Of a DNA stretch of 64,000 nt, positions 27,659 through 41,087 are shown in pieces. The first letter of the stretch is position 1, and each line of letters begins with the position of its first letter. A program made the position numbers and the translations under genes. This DNA is from Octopus sinensis. Its lineage: Eukaryota. A model generated the notes under the pieces. That model had not been told where the DNA came from. It searched no databases and was given only the letters and a program-made list of their open reading frames with translations. The stretch spans positions 161,262,001-161,326,000 of the forward strand of contig NC_042999.1 of assembly GCF_006345805.1 (NCBI RefSeq), written 5' to 3'.

Positions 27659-29556
27659 CAGACAGATAGATAGATAGATAGATAAGTGAAAACTCAGAGA
27701 TGTAGAGAGTTAGAGATAGACAGAGAAAAAGAAGGTGAAGATAGAGAGTACGAAAGAGAAATATATAGAGAGATGTACAAATTAAAAGTGAGAGAAAGAG
27801 AGATATGCTGTGGATGAGAACGAGAGAGTGAGAGAGAAACAAAGAGAGTGGGAAAGCGAAATAGTGACAAAGACACGTATAGTGTTAGTATGTGAGAGTG
27901 TGTATGTGCGTGTGTGTGTATGTGTGTTTGTGTGTGAGTGAGAGAGAGAGAGAGGGGGGAGTAGCGAAACAGAAAGAAGGTGTGTTTGCAATTGAAAGGA
28001 ATGTAAATCTATGAAGAAAGAGAAAGAGTAGGAAAGATAAAGCAGGCGTAAGAGGAGAGAGAGAGAGAATTAGAAATGGTAAAAGGAGAGAAATGGTTAT
28101 GAAAGACAATTAACAAGGAAATATGAGAAGCAGAGAGAAAAATGATCAGAATCCATGCAGTCTGAAGAGAGAGAGAGAGAGGGGGAGAGAGAAAGACAGA
28201 GAGACAGACAGACAGAGGAGGGGTGGGAGAAAGAAGAAATAGGTATGAAAGTCTAAGGGGAGAGTGGAAGGAATGCGGAAAAGAAGAGAATTAAATAAGA
28301 GGAAGGAGAGAAGGAGAAGAGAAGTGCAAATTACGATCATTAAATAAACAAAGCTATAAAACAAATAAAAAAGAATAAGAAAAAAATGCCAAGCGAGATA
28401 GAATGGAAGCGGAAGAGAGCGGAAGAGACAGTCCAGAGTGACGTCATACAAATGGTGGTGGGTGGTCGAGAATTAGATACATATTAATCCACTGAAATTT
28501 CAAACAGATAACAGGATGATGCAAAACAATGATAAACAATAGCAACAGAAAGAACAGCAACAACAAGAAAATAACAATAACAACGGCGACATCAATAACG
28601 ACCACAACATTAGCAACAACAACGGCAACAAATAAAAACACCTTAAGCAAAATATGACTAAAACAATGTGACCAAGCAATCAGAAGTCATGCATGGATTG
28701 CTGACAATCAGATGATTATTTATTAGGGAATTACTTATGCGCATTTTGCACTCCACCATTCCATTCTGTCAAATATATCTATCCATCCTTCTATCCAATT
28801 CCTATTTATCGTCTGCCTTCTCTTTCACTTACACCCCAAACTCCACCTCCGCTTAACTGACTAACACGTGGATGGTAATTGTGTGTGTGGAATATAAATG
28901 GCATTTTATATACATGTTAACATTCAAACGTACAATGTTGTTTTTTATAGTTTATCATAATGTATACATCTGGACATAACTCAAAACAGATACTACTTAT
29001 CTTTCAATCAAATCAACCATTACTTTTCCATTGCCGTCAATGTTTTCTCCATAACTTTTGTTTTCAGTTTCCATTCTCCAATTTTTGTCCTCCATCTTTG
29101 TTGTCGTTCCGTTTCTTTTACTGCTCCCTCGGAATCTTATATGTTTAACTTTGTGCTAATCTGTTGTCACTCATCCTCTCGTTGTGCGCAGCTCAATTCC
29201 ATTTCAATAGTTTTATAGATTTAACAACACCATTTAGTTTTGTTTCATTTCAGATTCAAGTTGATGAGTATCGTTGTTACTTTTTGAAGGTATGGTTCTT
29301 CAATTTATATATAAAGATAATTTTATCTATCAACTCGTTAAAGATTGTTTTGATTAATTTTTTTCATGCTCATTCTTTGTGACGCCGTCTCGCTTTATCT
29401 TTTCAGTTGTTTTAAATACGAAGTTCAATCTCCTCATACAAGTACCATGTCGTCTGAGAATCAATGGTGTGACGCCAATTTACATTTCTTTATTTACTAC
29501 AGTTTACGAAGACTTCTTTAATGCAAGCTGGGAATAGTTCTTTAGTTCTTTTATCT

Positions 29557-29740
29557 TTTATCTTTTACGTATTTCAATCACTGAAAAATCTTTAGTCGAA
29601 TGAATCGACCCCAATATTTTTTTTAAAGCCTGGTACTTGTTCTTTCGATCATTTTGGTCGAACCGCTTACTTACGAGGACGTAAACACACCAACACCGGT
29701 TGTCAAGCGGTAGTGGGGGACAAACATACATACACACGCG
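29557..29740 (-). mobile_element. SINE-A 3' half
   Basis: Reverse complement of the 3' module ending in (TA)n. Confidence 0.7.
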
Positions 29741-29741
29741 C

Positions 29742-29774
<33 letters not shown>

Positions 29775-29789
29775 ATATGATGATGATGA

Positions 29790-29950
29790 TAATGCATTAA
29801 GGAAAAGTGGATTCTCGGAGAAGATCCAGTATAATCAAGCTAATTCTATCAATAATAGACCGCGTAAAACTAGAACTAGGAAAGTTTTGTGGTTTAACCC
29901 CGCACTTAATATTGCCGTAAAAACTAATATAGGTAGGGAATTTTTAAAAC
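29790..29950 (+). pseudogene. PLE ORF fragment
   Basis: RKTRTRKVLWFNPALNIAVKTNIGREFLK resembles the PLE linker motif RxRxIIWFNPPxSxxVxTNIGxxFL. Confidence 0.65.
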
Positions 29951-29954
29951 ACAG

Positions 29955-30000
<46 letters not shown>

Positions 30001-30070
30001 GCACACACTCACACACACACGCACATATATATGTGTGTGTGTGTGTGTACATACACACGTAAATACATAT

Positions 30071-30440
30071 AGGCGTAGGAGTGACTGTGTGGTAAGTAGC
30101 TACCTTACCAACTGCATGGTTCCGGGTTCAGTCCCACTGCGTAGCACCTTGGGCAAGTGTCTTCTACTATAGCACCGGGCCGACCAAAGCCTTGTGAGTG
30201 GATTTGGTAGACGGAAACTGAAAGGAGCCCGTCGTATATATGTATATATTTATATGTACGTGTGTGCATATGTTTGTGTGTCTGTGTTTGTCCCCCCAAC
30301 ATCGCTTGACAGCCAATGCTTGTGTGTTTACGTCCCCGTATCTTAGCGGTTCGGCAAAAGAGACCGATAGAATAAGTACTAGGCTTACAAAAAATAAGTC
30401 CTGGGGTCGATTTGCTCTACTAAAGGCGGTGCTCCAGCAT
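30071..30440 (+). mobile_element. SINE-A, 3' end missing
   Basis: Aligns to SINE-A up to GCTCCAGCATG, then (TA)n. Confidence 0.85.
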
Positions 30441-30450
30441 GTATATACAA

Positions 30451-30487
<37 letters not shown>

Positions 30488-30887
30488 ATATATATATACA
30501 TACATATATACATATATATACATATATACATGCATACACACATACATATTCAGGATCCAATAGGATCGAGGTATTATTTTAAGAGCAAAGATACCAAGGT
30601 ATAGTCAAGGACCATATTCCCATATATCAACGTATTTACTAAAGCATATATGGATTTGTCCTTCTAGTTACGCATACGTCCACCAGTATAGACTAAATAC
30701 ACTCAACGTATACGTAAATAAATCGTACCAGAGTATACTCCGGCATGCAATCCACAGTGTGCAGTAGGCTCAAGATCCAACGCAGGGAAGGTTCCGATTG
30801 TAGTGTAGTACAAATGATAGCACAGATAGGCTGAAGTTTACTACAGCTGTTTCAGGCGTTGTTTTCTGTTGATGAAGAAAACTGCAG

Positions 30888-31039
30888 GTTCTAGGTTCAA
30901 ATTCCGCCGTGCTCGACTTTACTGTTCATCCTTTCGGAGGTCGATAAATTAATTACCAGTTCAACACTGGAATCGATGAAATCAACTCATCTCCTCCCCA
31001 CAAATTTCTGCCCTTGTGGAAAATTTGAAAGCATTATTA

Positions 31040-31109
<70 letters not shown>

Positions 31110-31500
31110 TAGGTGGAAAGCTGGCAGAATCGTTAGCACTCCAAGTAAATTGCTTTACAGCATTTCGCCCGTCTTTACGTTCTCAGTTCAAATTCCGCCA
31201 AGGTCAAATTTGCCTTTCATCCTTTCGGAGTCGATAAAGTACGTACGAGTTGAGCCCTGGAGTTCGATGTAATCAACTCATTCAAAATTGCTGGCCTTGT
31301 ACGAAAATTTGGCGGCGAAATGGCAGAAACCTTAGCACGCCGGGCGAAGTGCTTAGCGGTATTTCGTCTGCCGCTACGTTCTGAGTTCAAATTTCGCCAA
31401 GGTCGACTTTGCCTTTCATCCTTTCGGGGTCAATAAATTAAGTACTAGTTGCGTACTCGCCCCTACCCCAACATTTTAGCTCTTGTGCCTTTAGCAGAAA
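30888..31500 (+). mobile_element. Three tandem SINE-B copies with (ATT)n tails
   Basis: Central domain CTTTCATCCTTTCGG.GTC.ATAAA recurs at ~30925, ~31215 and ~31415; (ATT)n after the first and third copies. Confidence 0.75.
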
Positions 31501-31536
31501 GGATTGTTATTATTGTTATTATTATTATTATTATTA

Positions 31537-31568
<32 letters not shown>

Positions 31569-31590
31569 GTTATTATTATTATTATTATTA

Positions 31591-31638
<48 letters not shown>

Positions 31639-31666
31639 CATTATCATCATCATCATCATTATTATT

Positions 31667-32109
31667 GAATGAGAGAGCAGTGCCTTCCATCAAAGTGACA
31701 CTGGGGTAAAATATTTGAAACCCAATATACCCATCATGACTACCCGTCTGATAAGGGTACACCAGGCACATGCATCACAACCATATGTGCGCGACATGGT
31801 GATCCGATATCAAGATAAACAGCACATGACCTTGCAGGTGGGGCCCACTTAGAATATTCTTCTGGTCGAGTAGCCCATCCCGCTCAAAAGGTCCCTGAAT
31901 AAGGATTGTTTAAGGATGTTGAATGAACCATCCATGTTTCCAAAGGTGACTTATCCAAACCTCTAAGAATTCCTTCCAACACATGGCTATGATGCTCCCC
32001 CACTACTTCTGCTCATGATCAGAGATGCACATATCATCAACCACTAAAGGACATGCTCAACTGGATAAGGTCAAACAACTAACCTTTAGCAGAATATTTA
32101 CTGTAGCCC
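31667..32109 (-). mobile_element. Element X (non-coding, (TAA)n-tailed), 5'-truncated
   Basis: Aligns to 42084-42646; lacks the AAATGCCCTG end. Confidence 0.8.
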
Positions 32110-32114
32110 TTCTT

Positions 32115-32200
<86 letters not shown>

Positions 32201-35200
32201 TTTTTTTTTCTTCTTTCAAACTTGCTTCCATTTCTTGCCGAGTGTCTTCCCGACTCCTAGGGCAAAGAAACTCATAGTATACATTGGTAGGCCATTAAAC
32301 CAAACTCAATAGTTCGTTCATTTAAAAAAAATTTTTTTTTTTTAAGTTAAATTAAAATACATGAGCAGCAACAGTTCTCACATCGACAATGCTCTTCTCA
32401 ATACGTGTGATGTACCAGTTAAGACAATCTTTTGCACTTCTTGCAGGGATGGTAAGCCAGGGATCATTCTCATATAATTTTCGGTTCCCTTCTTGATCGT
32501 TCCTAGTGCTCCTACGATCACTGGTATTGTAACCGCCTTGAGATGCCACATTTTCTCAATTTCAATGAGTAGGTCTTTATATTTTCTGAGCTTGTCAATT
32601 TCTTTCGCTGAGATATTATGATCACAGGGGATGCTCATGTCGATCAATAAGCAAACTTTATTGTTTTGGTCTTTCACAACAATATCTGGTTTATTGGCCT
32701 TGATGGTTCGGTCTGTATGTACTGGAAAGTCCCACAGAATGGTTACATTTTCTCCTTCAGTTACAGCCTCAGGGTGTGATTATACCACTTGTCGGCAGTT
32801 TTGATATTGTAATGCCGACTTATTAGCCAGTGTAGATATTGGCCAACTCTGTCATGTCTTAATTTATACTCCACTGGTGCTAAGACTTTACATCCAGAGA
32901 TTAGGTGGTCCACTGCTTCAATCATGTCGTTGCAGAATCGGCATTTTGGGTCTGCTCCATTTTTCATCACATTGGCCTGGTAGTTCCGGGTTAATAGGCT
33001 TTGATCTTGAGCAGCCAGGATGAAACCTTCGCTCTCTGCTTTTAGCCCTGAGCTGCGTAGCCACTGATGGGTTTGCTTCTGGTCAACATTAGCTTGTTTG
33101 CTGCGGGCCACATATTTGCCGTGCAGAGGTTTCTCCTCCCACCTATCAGCCAATTGCTCGTGCGCTTTTTTCGTTGCCATTATTTTTACCTTCTTTGCAA
33201 CAATAGTTGCCGTACTTCCCTCGGGTTGTTCAGTTTGGGTATCCTGAACGAGATCAATAGCAAATTTTTTGCTTTCTTTTATGATACAATGAAACTTCTT
33301 TCGTCTCTCGTGATTTTCCACGAGCTTTAGCATCCAGTCATTCGTTATTTCGAGATATTTGGCCAGTCCAATTGTGGTTGTTTTGTAAGCTAGTTCAAAT
33401 TGGATCAGGCCTCGACCTCCTTGGGCTCTGGGAAGGTAAAGGCGATCTACGTCTGCCTTTGGGTGGTGCATCCTATTACAACTCAGCAGCTTGCGTATTT
33501 TCCTATCTATATTCTTTACTTCACTCATATTCCAGTTCAACACATTGTAGCTATAAGTAACAACTGGAACTGCTAAGGAATTTATAGCTAACACCTTGTT
33601 ACGTGCATTTAGTTCAGATTTCAGGACTGCACGAACTCTCCTATAACATTCCTTCCTGATATTCTCTTTCATGCTTGCATGCTGAATACCAGAGCCTTCA
33701 TTTATCCCTAAATATTTGTATGTTTGTTCTTGCTCAAGCTCTCTTATGACTGTGTCAACATCTAACACGACTGAATTTGTGGTCTTCACTTTCCCTTTCT
33801 GGAAAGTGGCCTTGGCACACTTCTCAAGTCCAAACTCCATCCCGATGTCATCGCTGAATGCTTTCACAGTGCGCAATAGGCCTTCAAGTTCATTATTGTC
33901 TTTACCATAGAGTTTTAAGTCATCCATATAAAATAGATGGCTTATTTTTTTATTGGCAATTTTATACCCATACCCTGTTCTGTTTAATTCACTTGTAAGG
34001 GGTATTAGGGCTATGCAGAATATTAAAGGTGAAAGTGAGTCACCTTGAAAAATTCCACAGTTGATGTTTATATTTTCTGAGGCAAGTACTCCATTAGAGT
34101 GGTATAATTGGAGATTCGCATTCCACAACGACATATTGTGCTTCAGGAAGTTTGAAATCACAGGGGAAATTTTGAAGATGTCCAGCGATCTCAAGATCCA
34201 TGGATGCGGTATACTGTCGAAGGCCTTTTTATAGTCAATCCATGCGGAGCTGAGATTTCTGCGCTTGTTGTGACAGTTCTCAAGGATCATACGATTAATT
34301 AGCAGTTGATCTTTGCATCCGTAAGAGCCTCAGCGGCACCCTTTTTGTTCAATGGGGAAAATATCGTTCTTTTCCATGAATGCATATGTTTTCTCCGCCA
34401 GGATAGATGTTAGGATTTTATACGTGGTGGATAGACAGGTTATAGGCCGATAGTTTTTTGGAAGGTTGGTTTCGTTATTCTTTGGGAGTAGGTAAGTAAT
34501 ACCACTTGCTAACCATTCAGGTGTTTTCTTTGGGTCTCTCATAATTCCATTGAGCAGCTGAACTAGCTTACCGTGTGTGCATGGGAGCGATGCGAGCCAG
34601 AAATTCGGCACCCTATCTTTACCGGGGGATTTCCAATTATTGGCCTTCGTGAGTGCCTTTCTTAGGTCTGCTATTGTGATGTCTTCCCATGCTTGTTGTT
34701 GTAAATTTTGGTAGGATCCTTCAGTTTGTATAATCCAGTCTGCATTTATGTTGTACGTCTTCTTGTCACTCCAAATCCTTTTCCAAAAGTTTTGAACTTC
34801 TTCCATGGGAGGGGGGTCTTTAACGGTTACTTTCTCCTTCCCTATTTCTCTGTAGAATTTTTTGGCATTGGATGTGAACAGATTATTTTGCTTGTAAAAC
34901 TTGTTTCTCTTCTCAAATCTTCGTATTCTTTGGGCTTTTGCTTGGACTTTTTGTTTCAGCGTTTCTTTTATTGATATCAGTTCTTCTCTTGGTGAGGATC
35001 CAAATTTTCTCTTCATCTTTCTTCCTGTTCTGGATCTTACATCATTTCCACATATTAGTTCATTTAATATTGATATTTCCCCTTTCATAAATTCAATCTC
35101 TTTTTCAATTTTACTTCTCCAGGTTTGATTTCTTCCCAGGTTTGGTTTTCTTTGTTTCTTCGGGGGCATACAGCTGGTTTCAATTGCCCTAGCAGAAGGG

Positions 35201-36130
35201 TAAATAATTTCATTTAACTCAGTAAAATCAGGTTTTAATTCTTGTATTATTTCATTTGTTACATAGTTGCCAATTTGGATTTGTTTTTTATTTTGGTTTG
35301 TATTTGAGAGTTTATGAAGTGGTTCTCTATCATTCATACTTGTATGTCTTACAACTTCAAGCGTATTCAGGATTTTCTGCCTCATTTCTGCCATAGACTC
35401 TCTGTGTTCTTCAGCAAATGCGAGATCTTCAGTTACTGTTGTTTTATCATTTTCCTGGCTATCTTTAACAGGAACAATAGAATTTCTTGTATCTTCAGGC
35501 CTTTGCGTACTTTGGTCAGATGGCAGTCTTTCAATTAAGCCTCGTGGCGGGCTATACTGTTCATCTGATTCTTCATTTCCTTTGTGTCTTATACTTATGT
35601 CATTTTCCGTTGCGTGCTTGATCGCGCTTATTTCACTGTCTGTGAGTCTGTTATTTCTAAGGATATCCCTCCTGACATTTGCTAATTTGTTCTCGTCCAA
35701 ATAGGGCCTACTGTCTTGATTCAGTGTTCTCCATATACTGTAAGAGTTTGCGGTGTGTCTCTCTTGAGATGGCCTACCTAATGTATAGTAATAAGCGTAT
35801 AATACTTCTTTATACTCTTCTCGAGTCCATTTGTTCCGATTACATTTTTCTTTCTGTGGTGGTTGTGGTGGTGAACTTGGAGGGCTCGAGTTGGGGGATT
35901 TCCCGTTCAAGTGACCATCCATGTCCGTATTCGGAGAAGAGTTTGTGCCAGTTGATGACTTTTCGATCCCAGGTTGGCTCTTCCCTGGGGGACGCGCTTC
36001 CAGATTAACCATAGGACAAGCGATTTGGTATACTGATTTAGTTTTCCTTTTAGTTTCCAAAAACATTTTGGTGCTACGATAATGTTATCATTTTTGAGCT
36101 TTGATTGGCTCGTGGGGAGACGGCCATCAT
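32110..36130 (-). mobile_element. Dong-like A: R4/Dong-clade LINE, near full length, (TAA)n(GAA)n tail
   Basis: Single long ORF with RT, CCHC and REL endonuclease; short 3' UTR; tail 32110-32200; 5' boundary uncertain. Confidence 0.9.
32378..36066 (-). pseudogene. Dong-like A ORF (RT + CCHC + PD-(D/E)xK REL endonuclease) with two lesions
   Basis: NYRPITCL, QKGCR*GSYGCKDQLL (TGA at 34330-34332), GIFQGDSLSP, YMDDLK, CRFC...H...C, 1-bp frameshift at ~32773, KPDIVV...LIDMSIP...KLRKYKDL. Confidence 0.9.
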
Positions 36131-36609
36131 TGCCGTTACAATTATAATCGTACCATTATAGCAGCCGTAGTCGGCTTATTATTGTTATTATCATCACCAT
36201 TATTATCACTATCATCATTATCACCACCATTACCATCATCATTATCATCATCACCATCACCATCATCATCATCATCATCAATTATATTGTTTTATGTGTA
36301 GTCACAGCAGTATCTTATTATTGTTATTTTTGTTTTTTATCATTATCACCATCACAGTAGTGTCTGTCTGTCTCGTTGGTTGGCTTGGTGGTTGGCTGGC
36401 TGACTGTCTTCAACGCCAGAGTTCTTGCCTGCCAAATAATACTTTCATATTTGGTTAACAATAGAGCCGAGGTGAGGTTTGTGTTGGCTGAACTCTTTGA
36501 GTGTGTGTGTGTGTGTAGATAGATAAATAGATTATCAGCACTATTACTATCATTATTATCATCATCACCATCATCACCATCACCATCAGTGATATTTTTT
36601 TTTTTTTAG

Positions 36610-39257
36610 GTGGGGTCCTATCGGTCAAAAAAAGTTGAAATGTTTACTACTATTAGCCTTAAGAAAAATTAAGGAAGGGCTGTTCTGTATTGTTTGTGAA
36701 TAGAGAAGTTGTGTCCGACCAGAGAGAATCTTAGCATCATTATTTTTTTCTCCATGTGCGTTTGTGTTATTGCAATAAAAAGTGTTTGTATATTTCGTGT
36801 AAGGTAATATTGTGGAGGTTGAAGTTGACTTTTCTAGAGTTGTTTGTAGTCAGTTAGAAGAACAGGTGTGTTTTTGCAATAAAAAGTATATGTTTACATA
36901 TATTTGAATATTCAGAGGAGGAAGCAAAGAAAAGTAAAATTTTCATAGAAAGTTTTAGGGTTTTGCAAGTCCACAAAAAGAAAAGCGTGATGTTTTTAGA
37001 GATGTTTTTTTTTTCCTTCTTTCTTTTGTTTTCTGGTGTTGTACTAGTGAATGTCTAATACATAAAAAATAAATAAATAAATAAATAAATAATTAAAAAA
37101 AAATTTGTTTTAAACCTTGGGATTACATAGAGAGTATTTTGCGTAGGATATGAGCAGTTCCCATGAGCACTATCTTTTGAATTTCTGCCATTTTGGGGTT
37201 TCCTGGTATCTGAGTTAGGTAGCAATCAGTCCCTTTCGCTATCATTCCCAGGGCACCTATGACAACAGGTATTGTTTTAGTCTTCAGCTTCCACATTTTG
37301 CTGATTTCTATTTCAAGATCTTTATATTTGCTCAGTTTTTGGTAGGTCTTGACAGATACGTTTATATCGATTGGGGCAGTCATATCAATGAGGAGGCATG
37401 TTCTTTGTCTGAAGTCTTTCAATATGATGTCTGGCCTATTTGCATCTATCTTCCTGTCAGTTTGAATGGTGAAGTTCCAGAGGAGTGAGATGTGGTCATT
37501 TTCAAGCACTGGAGATGGATTGTGTTCCCACCAGTTTTTTTCATGGGGTAAATCCAGGTTTTTGCAAATTACCCAGTGAATATATTGTGCAGCTCTATCA
37601 TGCCTGTTGAGGTACTCTGTAGGCGCTAGAAGACTGCATTTGGAGACAACATGATCAATGGTCTCATTTTGTTGTCGGCATACACGACATGTTGGGCTAC
37701 TGCCGTTCTTTAATATGTTGGCCTGGTAGTTTCTTGTTGGTAGGCATTGATCTTGAGCTGCTATGATAAACCCCTCTGTTTCAGATTTTAAGCCAGAGGC
37801 TATTAGCCATTGATGGGTCAGGGCTTTGTCAATATCTGCATTATTCGCTCTCTTTGGGTATTTGCCATAGAGAGGTTTTTCTTGCCATTTATTATTCAGA
37901 ATATCTAAGGCCGCAGTTTTGGCACGGGTTTTCATGCGCCTAGCTTTTTCTGTGCTTGTTTCTTGTATATCTATCTCTAATTCCGAAATTGGTTGTATTC
38001 GGAATTCACTTAGATATTCCTTTGCCTGTTTTGTGACTGAGTATGATGCTTTCTTGTTTTCATGTTTTGAGACAAGTTTTAACATCCAGTCCTCAGAGTT
38101 TTTCAGGTAGGTGTCTAGGCCAATTGTAGCAATCTTCATTGTTATTGCCAGTTGCAAAAGACCACGGCCTCCCTCTTTTCTTGGTAGATAGAGTCGTTCT
38201 GTATCTGCCTTAGGGTGGTGCATTCTATGCATTGTCAACAGTTTCCTTATTTTTCTGTCGAGCTGACATATTTCAGTAATTGACCAGTTAACAATATTGA
38301 AACTGTAAGTCACGACTGGTATGGCTAATGCATTGATCGCTTCGATCCTGTTTCTTGCATTCAGCTCTGTCTTGAGTATTGCTCTCACTCTTCGATAGCA
38401 TTCTCTCCTGATCCTTTCCTTCATCTCTGAATGCCTTATTCCGTTCCCTTCAATTACCCCTAGGTACTTGTAGCTCTCCGCTGGGTCTAGTTCTTTTATG
38501 ACATTCTGCTGGTCAAGGTTAACGTTAGATGTTTCTGTAATTTTTCCTTTGATAAAGGTAGCTTTTGCAGATTTATCGAGGCCGAATTGCATTCTGATGT
38601 CGTCACTGAATTGTTTGACTATCGCTAGTAAGCCCTTGAGTTGTTGGTCATTTTTTTGCAAAAAGCTTTAAATCATCCATGTAAATGAGATGATTTATAT
38701 TTTTATCAAACATTTTATACCCGTACTGCGCGTCATTGAGCAGCTTTGAGAGAGGTATTAAGGATAAACAAAAGAGGAGTGGTGACAGTGAGTCACCCTG
38801 GAAAATGCCACACGAAATTTTACATCACCAGCATTTAGGGATTCATTGTCACTGTTCAGAGTTAGTGTGGTTCTCCATCATCTCATACTTACAGTCAAGA
38901 AGTTTCGCAGAGTAGGAGCTATCTTATACATTTCCAGGCATTTCCTAATCCAGCTATGTGGTAGCCTATCAAAAGCCTTTTTATAGTCTATCCAGGCTAT
39001 TGATAAGTTTTTGTGTCGTTTGTGACAATCTTCTAAGATCATCTTATTGATGAGTAGTTGGTCTTTACAGCCGTAGGATCCACGTTTACATCCTTTCTGT
39101 TCATTAGGGAATATGCTGCTGTCTGTTAAAAAACTATAGGTATATTCCGTCAGGACAGATGTTAGCGTTTTGTACATAGTTGTTAAGCAGGTTATGGGTC
39201 TATAGTTTTTTGGTTCATCTGTTTCTTCACTTTTTGGAAGCAGGAATGTTAACCCTT
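36610..39257 (-). mobile_element. Dong-like B, 5'-truncated R4/Dong-clade LINE
   Basis: KNYRPITCL to RPDIILKD...KLSKYKDL...ILRKILSM in frameshifted ORFs 38878-39177 and 37123-38661; (TAA)n at 5' junction; 3' UTR extent uncertain. Confidence 0.88.
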
Positions 39258-39278
39258 ATTATTATTATTATTATTATT

Positions 39279-39797
39279 CAGTAGTTTTATTTTTATAGCG
39301 TACTTTCACTTCACTACCGAGCGCAGCTCTGTGTGCCTTGGGTATGTGCTGTGATTTGTTGTGATGCTCTGATGGTTATTGTATGGAAAGTGTTCTGCGT
39401 AGGATGTGTGCAGTGCCTAGTAGTGCAATTTTCTGTATGTTATATGTGTTTGTAAGTCCTGGTGTTTTTGTTATGTATTTGTCTGAATATTTTTTTATCA
39501 TGCCTAATGCACCTACTATGATAGGATTGTTTCTGTTCTGTTTTCAGATTCCACATTCTAGTTACCTCTATTTCCAGGTCTTTGTATTTTTAGAGTTTCT
39601 CCATTTCTTTTAGAGACACGTTGTCATCAGCCGCCGTATTGATACATCAATTAGAAAGCATTTTTTTTCTTCATGGTCTCTGACAACTATATCTGGTCTG
39701 TTGGCCTTAATTTCTCTATCTGTGTGTATCGGCATATCCCAGAGTATGGGTGCTTTCTCGTTTTCTGTGACCTTTTCTGGTGTGTGCCTATACCATC

Positions 39798-39798
<1 letters not shown>
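39279..39798 (-). mobile_element. Dong-like C, 3' fragment
   Basis: ILWDMPIHTDREIKANRPDIVV...HILRRTLSIQ, 3' UTR ending ACTACTG(AAT)n; (TAA)n on both sides. Confidence 0.88.
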
Positions 39799-39876
<78 letters not shown>

Positions 39877-40054
39877 AAGAGAGAGAGAGAGAGAGGGGTG
39901 TGTATGTATGTATATACACGCATATATGTGTTCATTTACCATCTCAGTTCAGTTTCAAATACATTTACAGTGAATGTATGAATAGCAGATCCAACGATAC
40001 AAAGTATTCTAAGTCAAGTATATAATCCGTATGTTTGTGTATCTTATATATGCG

Positions 40055-40334
40055 TCTGCTTGTTTATGTATGTATGTATGTATGTATGTATGTATGTATG
40101 TATGTATGTATGTATGTATGTGTGTATGTATGTATGTATGTATGTATGTATATATGTATGTATGTATGTATGTGTGTATGTGTGTATGTATGTATGTATG
40201 TATGTATGTATGTATGTATGTATGTATGTATGTATGTATGTATGTATGTATGTGTGTATGTATGTATGTGTGTATGTATGTATGTATGTATGTATGTATG
40301 TATGTGTGTGTATGTATGTATGTATGTATGTGTG

Positions 40335-40367
<33 letters not shown>

Positions 40368-40660
40368 GTGTATACATATATTTATATCCGCACTTACATA
40401 AGTATATATGTACACTTACACTCTTGCACATACACAATGCATGTGTGTGCATATCTGCATATGTAAATGTATGTATGTATCTATATATGCACGTGCGTAC
40501 GTGTGCGTATGTACATGCATGCATGTATGTATGTATGTATGTATTGTGTATGTATGTATGTATGTATGTATGTATGTATGTATGTATGTATGTATGTATG
40601 TGTGTGTGTATGTATGTATGTATGTATGTATGTATGTATGTATGTATGTATGTATGTATT
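40055..40660. repeat. (TATG)n microsatellite array
   Basis: Read directly. Confidence 0.95.
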
Positions 40661-40688
40661 TGGACATCATGCTTGTGTACGCGCTCAC

Positions 40689-40771
40689 GATTATCAGCTC
40701 CTGGGAAATTAGCCGGAAATACAAACGACAATTTTGTCCTGGAGTAGAATAAATCAGATCTGCAGCCTCTT
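40689..40771 (-). CDS. Candidate orphan exon (83 nt)
   Basis: Acceptor gggattacag, donor gtgagc; two open frames (EAADLIYSTPGQNCRLYFRLISQELII or RGCRSDLFYSRTKLSFVFPANFPGADN). Confidence 0.25.
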
Positions 40772-41087
40772 CTGTAATCCCAACATAAATAAAAAGAGAC
40801 CCCCGCCCCCACTTGCACAGCTATTGATACGAAAACATACGATTACCACCACCACCACCAATAACAACATCATTGCTACAACTACTACAACTTTCTCCTC
40901 TACCATTAGCACCAGTACCAGCACCACCACTTTCACCATCATCACCATCATTACTACCACCAATACCAGAATCACTATATACAACAGTACCGACGCCTAC
41001 CACTGTGTCCAACACCACCTTCCCCATAAAGATGAGTAGTACGGGTAGCACAAATCAGCGGTACCATCACTACTATCACCAACACTA

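Noticed and set aside
26550-27842. 430-aa minus-strand ORF
   Set aside because: Stop-free only because it crosses CT-rich and microsatellite sequence; no domain content.
30820-30840. Minus-strand GAAA-CAGCTG-TA as an HHR 3' half
   Set aside because: No CUGANGA or UUGANAA core and no stem II upstream.
34330-34332. Programmed readthrough or selenocysteine TGA in the Dong-like A ORF
   Set aside because: The position is Arg in the equivalent KGCKRGSYGC motif of Dong-like B, so CpG decay is simpler; the ORF also has a frameshift.
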